The notes under the pieces were generated by a model. The model did not search any database. It was not told the DNA's origin and worked only from the letters and a program-made list of their open reading frames with translations. A stretch of 64,000 nt of DNA from a bacterium (lineage in GTDB: Bacteria; Zhuqueibacterota; Zhuqueibacteria; Residuimicrobiales; Krinioviventaceae), in the NCBI GenBank assembly GCA_963674595.2, contig CAXXFV010000018.1, forward strand, positions 63,470 through 127,469. Reading direction: 5' to 3'. This document shows, piece after piece, positions 20,774-28,956 of this stretch. Position numbers and translations under genes: made by a program. Each line of letters begins with the position of its first letter. The stretch's first letter is position 1.

Positions 20774-21559
20774 GTGATCAATAAAAATCTGTTAATAATT
20801 ATAATGAATTGTATATTTTTTAGTTATGGTTATTTAAACGCCTGTCCACAAGACAGTTCTTGTATAGATAACATACAATGTGATGGAAAAAGTTATTATC
20901 TGAAAATCTTTCCATCCGGTTCAAACAACGTAAATGGAATCGGGGTAAAATATTTTGCACCCTTGTCATATCAAATATGTGATACCATCCGAATAAATGG
21001 AGCACATATCGATATAAATCCATTACATAGTGTAATGGGAGCTTTAGCTGCAGGTATTTCGATTTTTATAATACCTGGGCACTCTATTACCAAAATTATG
21101 GAAACAAGAGATAATTTAGAAAATAATGAAATATTCAGGGATTCAACATTTGAAATATATTCAGGTACGGAAATAAACGGGATTTCATTATCCATATCCA
21201 ATCTATTCCCATATCATAATAATGGAATTAATGTTTGTTTACTATATGGCGAATTTGCTGATGTTAATGGATTATCCATTTCCGGATTTATAAGTACTTT
21301 TGATGATTTTAACGGAATCTCATTCTCCTTAATATATAATAAATGTCATAATATACAGGGAACCTTTATATCGGGAATAGGCAATAGCGTTTCAAATGGA
21401 AAATGGTTTTCATTTGCCGGATTATATAATGAAAGTGTTAATTTTACTGGCGTGCAAATCGGCCTGTTTAATTTTACTAAAAAGTTAAAAGGAATCCAAC
21501 TGGGATTATGGAATTCAAATGGTAAAAGATCATTACCTTTAATAAACTGGCAATTTTAA
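20774..21559 (+). CDS. LA_2272-like Gly/Asn surface-repeat protein
   Basis: Repeats NG.S.S...N, GVQIGLFN, GIQLGLWN and C-terminal RSLPLINWQF. Confidence 0.7.
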   Translation: MINKNLLIIIMNCIFFSYGYLNACPQDSSCIDNIQCDGKSYYLKIFPSGSNNVNGIGVKYFAPLSYQICDTIRINGAHIDINPLHSVMGALAAGISIFIIPGHSITKIMETRDNLENNEIFRDSTFEIYSGTEINGISLSISNLFPYHNNGINVCLLYGEFADVNGLSISGFISTFDDFNGISFSLIYNKCHNIQGTFISGIGNSVSNGKWFSFAGLYNESVNFTGVQIGLFNFTKKLKGIQLGLWNSNGKRSLPLINWQF

Positions 21560-21594
21560 TTTCTGTCCGGTTTGGTAATATTCCCGGAACGGAC
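21552..21594 (+). repeat. 33-bp direct repeat copy 2, extending into hairpin GTCCG..CGGAC
   Basis: AATTTTAATTTCTGTCCGGTTTGGTAATATTCCCGGAACGGAC; overlaps the stop codon of the upstream gene. Confidence 0.85.
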
Positions 21595-21614
21595 CGGCGT
21601 TAAGGTGACATATT

Positions 21615-23048
21615 ATGAAAATAAAAATCCAAATTTTATCAATTCTTTTCATTATAACGGCCTCTTGTTCGGATAACAAAGAAAAACCGTATATTGGTTC
21701 ATACTCAATGCTGTGTGGTGGCGGAGGATTCTATGTTTTAAAAATAGAAAAAAATAAAAATTTTGAATATTATTGCTGGAATGATGTTGGCGGCTATTAT
21801 ACAGGTCTTAATGGGAAATATACTATTTCGGATGAAAAATTGTTTATAAACATTTATTATCCCGTAAACAGTGACACACATGCCGTCCGGCGTGATACTT
21901 TATTCTTTAAGAGATATAAAGATTACCAATTTTTAGTATCATCTTTATCCATAAACAGGTTTAACGAATCATTAAAAAATAATGATATGCAACGTTGGTA
22001 TTGGATTGATGAAAATACAAAGCATCATTCTGGTTTATTATGCTACATGAAAGTTGATGAGAAAGACCTGCCTGTTAAGGATGAAAAAATAGAATGGGAT
22101 ATTGTAAAAAATCCGAAAAGTGTTGCTATCGAAGCGCCCACGCCTCCACATCTTCCGGTTTACATGCCATCACATATACCAATAGAAGCCTTGCCCGTTC
22201 AGAATGAATGCCCTGAATTTCAGATTTATGAAGAAGAAATTAAATGGCGCCTATTTGAAAAAAATATCAGCGATACGTTAAGAATTCTGCGTAATAACAT
22301 ATTTGCAAAATACGGCTATCCGTTTAAATCAAAAGACCTTAAAAGCTACTATGAGCATAAAAAATGGTATAAAGCTAATCCGGATTATGACCACTCGCAA
22401 ATTACAAGTAAAGACAGTACCACAATTCAAACAATACTCAAATATGAAAACCTGCTGGGTACCCTGAGTGCCGATAGTGTTAAACTTTTAAAAAACATTT
22501 TTGATTTTCGAAAACAACTGCTTGCCACAGGATATGATACGACCATAACCGTACATAAAAACATCACCGGAAACAAGCACAATGACGAGTTTACAACACG
22601 CATAAAAATTCAAAATGAAAAAATATTTGTTGAAAATATTTTAAAAAACCAGGACCAGTTACTGTGGTCGGAATTATTTAGTGATGAACCATGTGTCGAT
22701 TCTTACACGATGGAAAATGATAATATTTTAAAAACATATCCGAAATATGGTTATTTTTACATTCTTGTAAAAGATTATCTTGATACAGTCATACCAAGGG
22801 CAGAGCCTTTGTCAAAAAATTATGTCGAGTTACAAATTACCGGCAATGATACAAGTTACAGCTTTAGTTGGACAGGTTCCAACTGTCAAGACCATTCCAA
22901 CCGGTTTAAAAAGTATTTATATAATTTTAACGGCAATCAGGTACTGTTCTCTCAGGGCTTCTGTCTATACGATGAGGATGTTGGCTATGATGTTAAGGTA
23001 TGGAACAAATTTTCAAATGATTTTGTTATGCTCTGGTCCGGACCATAA
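21615..23048 (+). CDS. YARHG-domain lipoprotein
   Basis: Lipobox TAS-C; LRILRNNIFAKYGYPFKSKDL..YY....WY (YARHG variant). Confidence 0.8.
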   Translation: MKIKIQILSILFIITASCSDNKEKPYIGSYSMLCGGGGFYVLKIEKNKNFEYYCWNDVGGYYTGLNGKYTISDEKLFINIYYPVNSDTHAVRRDTLFFKRYKDYQFLVSSLSINRFNESLKNNDMQRWYWIDENTKHHSGLLCYMKVDEKDLPVKDEKIEWDIVKNPKSVAIEAPTPPHLPVYMPSHIPIEALPVQNECPEFQIYEEEIKWRLFEKNISDTLRILRNNIFAKYGYPFKSKDLKSYYEHKKWYKANPDYDHSQITSKDSTTIQTILKYENLLGTLSADSVKLLKNIFDFRKQLLATGYDTTITVHKNITGNKHNDEFTTRIKIQNEKIFVENILKNQDQLLWSELFSDEPCVDSYTMENDNILKTYPKYGYFYILVKDYLDTVIPRAEPLSKNYVELQITGNDTSYSFSWTGSNCQDHSNRFKKYLYNFNGNQVLFSQGFCLYDEDVGYDVKVWNKFSNDFVMLWSGP

Positions 23049-23089
23049 CAATCTTTAGGGTGTGGTTCTACCGCCCCATTAAAGATTCA

Positions 23090-23168
23090 GATCGTCCGGA
23101 GGTTCCGGCCTCCGGACGCAAAAAATAAAGACTTTGCATTTGTAAATGATATCGTTAAATAAAAAATT
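23090..23168. repeat. REPIN-like element copy D (left half)
   Basis: GAT-CGTCCGGAGG-TTCCGG-CCTCCGGACG perfect 10-bp hairpin plus type 1 spacer. Confidence 0.88.
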
Positions 23169-23225
23169 TATAATTTAGAGGGTCTGCTCGCCTTGGGAAT
23201 ATTTTCCAAGCGACAATTAAAAGCA

Positions 23226-23340
23226 TCCTTTGTGAGCTTTGAGAACTTTGAGAGGATAAAAAAAGCACTCACAAAGCGCACAGAGCACACAAAGGAATAA
23301 TAATTAAATCTATTGTGACATTGAAAAAATTTGAGATGAA
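23226..23340. repeat. 9-mer-periodic palindromic array left of GxxExxY
   Basis: TC-CTTTGTGAG-CTTTGAGAA-CTTTGAGAG ... CTCACAAAG-CGCACAGAG-CACACAAAG-GA; 23/29 inverted match. Confidence 0.85.
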
Positions 23341-23360
23341 AAAAATGGGGCGTCTATTTA

Positions 23361-23741
23361 ATGAATGAAAATGAAATTTCTAAAACTGTTATTGATTGTG
23401 CGATAAAAATCCACAAGATACTCGGTCCCGGGCTACTGGAATCAGTTTACCGTGATGTGCTGGCTTTTGAATTAAACAAAACCGGATTATCGGTTGAAAT
23501 AGAAAAGGATATTCCTGTAATTTATAAAAATTTAAAATTTGATAAAGGCTTTAGAGCAGATATCATCGTTGAGAATAAAGTTCTTTTGGAACTTAAATCG
23601 GTTAAAAAACTGCAAGACATTCATTATAAGCAAACATTAACATATTTAAGACTAATCGGTTTTAAACTGGGATTAATTATTAATTTTAATCATATACTAT
23701 TAAAGGACGGAATTAAAAGAATCATTAACGGAACGATATAG
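23361..23741 (+). CDS. GxxExxY protein (PD-(D/E)XK nuclease-like)
   Basis: HKILGPGLLESVY, FRADIIVE, LELKS, Q...YL, G...NF. Confidence 0.95.
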   Translation: MNENEISKTVIDCAIKIHKILGPGLLESVYRDVLAFELNKTGLSVEIEKDIPVIYKNLKFDKGFRADIIVENKVLLELKSVKKLQDIHYKQTLTYLRLIGFKLGLIINFNHILLKDGIKRIINGTI

Positions 23742-23744
23742 CTT

Positions 23745-23863
23745 TTCATAAAGCTCGCAGACTAGAAAAAAAATAATTAAATCCTTTGTGAGCTTTGAGA
23801 GCTTTGTGAGAGGATAAAAAAAAGCACACAAAGGAATAATAATTTAAATCATCCCTTGTGGCC
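23745..23863. repeat. 9-mer-periodic palindromic array right of GxxExxY
   Basis: TCCTTTGTGAGCTTTGAGAGCTTTGTGAGAGGATAAAAAAAAGCACACAAAGGAATAATAATT, a direct copy of the left array. Confidence 0.85.
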
Positions 23864-23869
23864 TTTTTT

Positions 23870-24011
23870 GATCGTCCGGAGGTTCCGACCTCCAGACGTG
23901 TAAAAATAAAAGCTTTGCCTTTGTAAATGATAACGTTAAACAAAAATCTATGAAATGGAGGGCCGAGCCCTCATGTTATTCCGTCCAGGGGTAAAGAATC
24001 CCTGGACGACC
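23870..24011. repeat. REPIN-like element copy E (142 bp, spacer type 1)
   Basis: GATCGTCCGGAGG...CCCTGGACGACC, full length. Confidence 0.9.
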
Positions 24012-24098
24012 ACATTTTACCTTCCCTACAAATTTGTGCCGATTATGGAGGCGCACAGCCGTACGTTTCTGCTATTTTTAAAATTCGTTAAAAATCCC

Positions 24099-24195
24099 TT
24101 GCATTGATTTTATGCAAGTTGTAAAATTATTTATCATGCATCTTTTGAATATTTCCTGATCGCCCGATATTATAGCCACAAATAAGGAATGTTTG
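24099..24195 (+). promoter_or_regulatory. sigma70-like promoter with following hairpin (divergent member of the leader family)
   Basis: TTGCAT-N17-TAAAAT; GAATATTTCCT..AAGGAATGTTT can pair. Confidence 0.45.
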
Positions 24196-24314
24196 ACCTA
24201 AAAAGACCAGGCCCTTTTATTAATCCGAGGAAAAAGATTATAAAATCAAACAAACAAGTTTTTCTTCTGTTGTAAAAGCAGATGTATTATAGTCGTCAGC
24301 GAGAGGAGGATTCT

Positions 24315-24689
24315 ATGAGTTATAAAATAACAATATCTGAAAATGGTGAGTATATTATTGGTAAAATCTATGGACCATTAAATAGAGAGACCGCCCAACA
24401 ATTGACTAGAGAATATGTTAAAATTATTAATTCAACAGGCATTAAAAAGATTCTGAACGATGTTCGTGATGCTCCTGATGCTATGGGCATTTTTAATGAC
24501 TATGAATTCGCCTATAAAGACACTAAAGCTCTTAATCTTCCTATGGATATTCAAGCTGCCTTTGTAACGGATCCCAATGACAATACTCATAATTTCCATG
24601 AGACAGTTGCTGTTAATGCGGGCTATTTTGTTAAAGTATTTAAGGAAATAGAGTCAGCCGTTACCTGGCTTTTAGAAGAAAAACGCTAA
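24315..24689 (+). CDS. STAS/SEC14 (SpoIIAA-like) small protein, paralog 3 (distant)
   Basis: MSYKI, KILND.R, F.ETVA.NAG..VK.F...ESA..WL; GGAGG RBS. Confidence 0.7.
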   Translation: MSYKITISENGEYIIGKIYGPLNRETAQQLTREYVKIINSTGIKKILNDVRDAPDAMGIFNDYEFAYKDTKALNLPMDIQAAFVTDPNDNTHNFHETVAVNAGYFVKVFKEIESAVTWLLEEKR

Positions 24690-24699
24690 TCCGGCGCTT

Positions 24700-24858
24700 G
24701 ATCGTCCGGTAGTTCCGGCCTCCGGACGCAGAAAAAATTTTGAAAAATGTTCTATTCAATACTTTGGAGTTGAGATGAAATCCCTGTTTCATTGGTTCCA
24801 CAGGGGCTTGCAAGCCCCCATATTGCTCCGTCCAGGAGTAGAGAACCCTTGGACGATC
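24700..24858. repeat. REPIN-like element copy F (159 bp, spacer type 2)
   Basis: GATCGTCC...GGACGATC ends; central hairpin GGGGCTTGCAAGCCCC. Confidence 0.88.
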
Positions 24859-25042
24859 ACATGACCAGACAAGTGGAATTTATTTTTTCAGATTACAATC
24901 GGATAATTTTTCAGAGACAAAAAAATTAGTTTTTCAAAAATAATATCAATTGAACAGCGCAAATTCAATGTATTATCTAACGCCCTGGAACAAAATTTCA
25001 GGGATAGCAAGACTCTATTTGTAAAATAGTTTAGGATAATTT

Positions 25043-25828
25043 ATGAAGATTGATGATTTATCAACACTAACACAGTTTGCATTGAAATTGTATAAAATAG
25101 ACCAACTTTCAGTAAAAGCTGTTATAAATAAAGATATAAAAGAATTGAGCTTACTTATAAGTCAATATTCCTCAATCAAAAAGGAAATTAAAACAAAATT
25201 AATAAAGCATCATTATGTCGAAATCCAAGATCATAAAGCGAAAGAAATTCTACAAAAAATCAGTCACCAAGAACCTTTATTAACGGATAAAATAATCGAG
25301 CATTTATCAAAAAAATCTATTGAAACACTTGAACTAGATGAATTGGATGAGGAAGAAATCAATTCATTAGGTTCTGAATTTCTTTATTCTTGGTTTAGTC
25401 ATTATGAATATATTCGTAACCTGTATAGTATTAGCTCATTAATTTTGGGTATTTCTATACCAAATCAATTAAAGCAATTAGTTACAGAAGCAAGGTTGTG
25501 TTATGCTTTTGAAAGAACCTATGCGGTTTGTTCATTATGTCGTACTATTTTAGAGGTGGTTATTAAAGATATTTGTGTTCGGGGTCAACTATTACAATCA
25601 AATAAAAAAGGCAATCTAAATTTTGATGACTATTCAACAAAAGATCTACGTGATACAGTATCAGATGGCGACTTAAACGATGATATAAAAAATTTGTACC
25701 GGAAAACAAGTTCAGTTATTCATGGTAATAAAGATATATCAATTGAAGTGATCAGTACTTTCAAACAAACTATCAAAATAGTACAAAAATTATATACTAA
25801 ACATGAGTTAATCCTTGAAAAAAGATAA
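25043..25828 (+). CDS. DUF4145/HEPN-like domain protein
   Basis: EARLCY....AVCSLCRTILE and RKTSSVIH (Rx6H); very AT-rich. Confidence 0.55.
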   Translation: MKIDDLSTLTQFALKLYKIDQLSVKAVINKDIKELSLLISQYSSIKKEIKTKLIKHHYVEIQDHKAKEILQKISHQEPLLTDKIIEHLSKKSIETLELDELDEEEINSLGSEFLYSWFSHYEYIRNLYSISSLILGISIPNQLKQLVTEARLCYAFERTYAVCSLCRTILEVVIKDICVRGQLLQSNKKGNLNFDDYSTKDLRDTVSDGDLNDDIKNLYRKTSSVIHGNKDISIEVISTFKQTIKIVQKLYTKHELILEKR

Positions 25829-25984
25829 ATTCATTTGTTTATATAACAACACTAATGCATTTTATAAAAAGATTATTTATTTTTGTGATTAAATTAAGGG
25901 TAGTAACAGGTGTTTTTATAACCAATCATCTAACTGCTCTTCCAAGGATTCCTTTTATTGTACATGAATAATTAGAGTATCTTT

Positions 25985-26126
25985 GATCTTCCGGAGGTTC
26001 CGACCTCCGGACGCAGAAAAACAAAGGCTGTGCCTTTGTAAATGAAAACGTTAAACAAAAATCCATGAAACGGAGGGCCGAGCCCTCATGTTATTCCGTC
26101 CAGGGGCAGAGAATCCCTGCACGATC
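25985..26126. repeat. REPIN-like element copy G (142 bp, spacer type 1)
   Basis: GATCTTCCGGAGG...CCCTGCACGATC, full length. Confidence 0.9.
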
Positions 26127-26328
26127 ACAATATTTAAAAAATTATTAAAAATATTTCCTGTGGAATTTTTGCGTAAAAAATAATATTTTCTAAAAATCGT
26201 ATCGAAATTTAGAAAATATACTATTCGGAAAAAATAGAATGAAAAGATTTTTAGCGCTATCCCCTGCCCTGCTCATTATAATTTTATTACCTTGAAATTG
26301 CAATAAAAAAATGGACACCTAGTTAAGT

Positions 26329-27231
26329 TTAAGCTGCTTTATTAAATTTTAAGAATTGTACTGGTGACATATTGCCCAAAAAGGAATGAATTCTTTTTCG
26401 GTTGTAAAATATTTCAATATATTCAAATATTGATTGCTTCGCAATTAATCGTGTTTCATAAGTATGATGATAAATCAGTTCTTTTTTCAAAGTACCAAAA
26501 AAGCTTTCAGCCACAGCGTTGTCGTAGCAGTTTCCTTTTCCGGACATACTTTGGACCATTTGAAAAAGAGCTAACATTTTTCTGAATTCTTTACATGCAT
26601 ATTGAACACCACGGTCCGAATGAAAAATCAAATCTGTTGAAGGACGAAAACGATGATATGCATGTTTTAGGGCCGGGATTGTTGTTGAAGAAGCATGCAG
26701 GTTGTTACTCATGGCCCAGCCGACAACCTGGCGATTGTATAAATCAATGATCACTGTCAGGTACAACCATCCTTTGCGAGTCGGGATGTATGTAATATCA
26801 GAAACCCAGACTTTATTGGGTTGATTGACTGTAAAATTCTGTTGTAAAAGATTTGGTGATATTGGCAGTCTGTGATCACTATTTGTGGTTACTTTGAATT
26901 TACGTTTTGTTTTTGCACAAATTTTGTTCTTTCTCATTAAACGAGCAACACGCGGACGGCTGACAATCAAGTTTTCCTTATGTAACTCTTGTGTTATTCT
27001 GGGACTGCCATAGCTTCCTCTGGATTCCTTGTGGATATGTTTGATCCGTTCAAGTATCTTTTTGTTTTCCAGTTCTCGTTGACTCATTGGTCGCTTGCTC
27101 CAGGTATAAAACCCGCCCCGGCTGACATTGAGAACCTGGCACATTTTCACTATTGGGAATTCCTGTTGATGCTTTTGGATAAACCCAAACTTTAATGGGA
27201 CGGTTTTGAGAAAATGGCCACAGCTTTTTTT
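26329..27231 (-). CDS. IS3 transposase OrfB (DDE integrase core), reached by -1 frameshift
   Basis: YGSPRI, WVSDITY, FHSDRGVQY, DNAVAESFF; frame is open up to the A7G slippery site at 27224-27231. Confidence 0.93.
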   Translation of the reverse strand, partial: KKSCGHFLKTVPLKFGFIQKHQQEFPIVKMCQVLNVSRGGFYTWSKRPMSQRELENKKILERIKHIHKESRGSYGSPRITQELHKENLIVSRPRVARLMRKNKICAKTKRKFKVTTNSDHRLPISPNLLQQNFTVNQPNKVWVSDITYIPTRKGWLYLTVIIDLYNRQVVGWAMSNNLHASSTTIPALKHAYHRFRPSTDLIFHSDRGVQYACKEFRKMLALFQMVQSMSGKGNCYDNAVAESFFGTLKKELIYHHTYETRLIAKQSIFEYIEIFYNRKRIHSFLGNMSPVQFLKFNKAA

Positions 27232-27488
27232 AATATATCCCGCTCCAGTTTTACGTCTGCAAGTTCTTTACGCAGTTTCTGTATTTCATCACTTTCTTTG
27301 CTGTTCCCTAGTCCTGGAAAGGAATGTTCTTTATCAATTTTGTATTCTCGAACCCACTTGGAGAGAAGGTTAGGCTCAATACCAAGATTTCTGGCAACTT
27401 CTGAAGCATTACCATTGCTTTTAGAAAGTACAAGCTGAACAGCTTCTATTTTGAATTCTTTTGTGTAACGTCGTCTTCTGTTTGTCAT
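27192..27488 (-). CDS. IS3 transposase OrfA (HTH)
   Basis: RRRYTKEFKIEAV, VARNLGI, ERDILKKA. Confidence 0.93.
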   Translation of the reverse strand: MTNRRRRYTKEFKIEAVQLVLSKSNGNASEVARNLGIEPNLLSKWVREYKIDKEHSFPGLGNSKESDEIQKLRKELADVKLERDILKKAVAIFSKPSH

Positions 27489-28784
27489 GTGGACACCTCC
27501 TTTGGTTTATAATATAAAAAGTGCTTAACTTTGTGTCCACTAAAATATAGCAAGTTTACCTGCCTGTAACAATAGCAAACAAAATGGAGAGAAAAAAGGC
27601 GAAATCCCAAAACCACTCCATCTGACATTGGAACAAGCGGACCGTCTTGCCGAACTGCCCCTGGCGTGTATGCAAACAGAGTATCCCAACAAATTGGGAC
27701 AAACACTGGGCGGCAAAAAAGATATCGGCGAACCGCATGTATTACATCCGGCATTTTACGGCTGTTATGACTGGCATTCTGCGGTCCACGGGCACTGGTC
27801 ACTGGTAAAACTATTAAAGGAATTTCCTCAATTAGCCAGAGCCGATGAGGTCCGTTTAAAACTGCAGCAAAACATCACAAAACAAAATATTCTGGCAGAG
27901 GTGGCTTATTTTGAGGGTAAACACAACAAGTCATACGAACGGACCTATGGATGGGCGTGGCTGTTAAAGCTGGCTGAGGAATTGTATACCTGGGATGATC
28001 CGTTGGCAAAACAGTTGTCACAAAACCTTCAGCCATTAACAGATTTGGTTGTTCAGAGATATATCGAATTTCTGCCCCGGTTAAAATATCCCATCAGAGT
28101 GGGCGAACACACCAATACGGCTTTTGGATTGTGCTTTGCCTGGGATTATGCCAATACAACACAGCACGAACAACTGAAATCGGCAATAGAATCCAGGGCC
28201 CGGGATTTTTACATGGACGATATAAACTGTCCCCTGGGCTGGGAACCGAGCGGTTATGACTTTTTATCACCCTGTCTTGAAGAGATCGACCTGATGCGCA
28301 GAATATTGAATAAAGCCGAGTTTAAAAACTGGCTTGACGGATTTTACCCCCGGCTTGAGGATAAAAACTTCAAACTGGAACCGGGCCAGGTTTCGGACCG
28401 AACAGACGGCAAACTTGTTCATCTGGACGGCTTAAATTTCAGCCGGGCCTGGGTTTTATATGGTTTGGCTGGCCAATACCAGGAATATAAACACCTGATA
28501 AATAGTGCCAACGAACATATAGAATACTCTTTACCCAACCTGGTAGGTGACAGTTACGAAGGCGGCCACTGGCTGGGCTCATTTGCTATCTATGCTCTCA
28601 ATAGTTTTTCCGAAAGATAAAATATTATCTGGTCTACCTGCATGGCAATGAAAAAACAGGATCCTTGTCTACTTGTTTTTCAGCTAATGCGATGTTTTAA
28701 ATATAAAAGGGGGAAATTATCAAAATTATGCATTTTAATACCGGCCCACCGAGGGATGGCAAATAGAATTTGTCAAATTATAGC

Positions 28785-28880
28785 TTGCGCCAATAGATCA
28801 TAATTTGTATTATTCCTTTATCAGTTGTCAAGGTTTGCTTTTCAATGCTTTATTCGTGATACCTTTGGCTGATTTACCAC
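28785..28880 (+). promoter_or_regulatory. Promoter-plus-hairpin leader family copy
   Basis: TTGCGC-N17-TATTAT; ATCAGTTG(TC)AAGGT..ACCTTTGGCTGAT followed by TTACCAC. Confidence 0.65.
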
Positions 28881-28956
28881 TTTACCAATTACAAGAGAAT
28901 TATTGTGGGCGGCTTTTATCCAGTCTGATTGTTGGCAAAATAAAGGAGAGCCAGAA

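Larger units (their letters stand above)
26293..27558 (-). mobile_element. IS3-family insertion sequence (1266 bp)
   Basis: 35-bp imperfect IRs TGAAATTGCAATAAAAAAATGGACACCTAGTTAAG / TAAACTTGCTATATTTTAGTGGACACAAAGTTAAG; CCT target duplication at 26290-26292 and 27559-27561; orfA and orfB. Confidence 0.95.
26239..28620 (+). pseudogene. DUF2891 family lipoprotein interrupted by IS3 in its signal peptide
   Basis: Removing the IS and one CCT gives MKRFLALSPALLIIILLPACNNSKQ...LTLEQADRLAELP, in frame with ORF 27628; HPAFYGCYDWHSAVH, YERTYGWAWLL, YEGGHWL. Confidence 0.9.

Noticed and set aside
16640-26126. CRISPR array interpretation of the repeats
   Set aside because: Repeats are 80-160 bp, separated by whole genes at irregular spacing; no cas genes
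16872-26126. Active integron
   Set aside because: No tyrosine integrase in the window and no complete attC fold seen; only core-site remnants, reported as a finding
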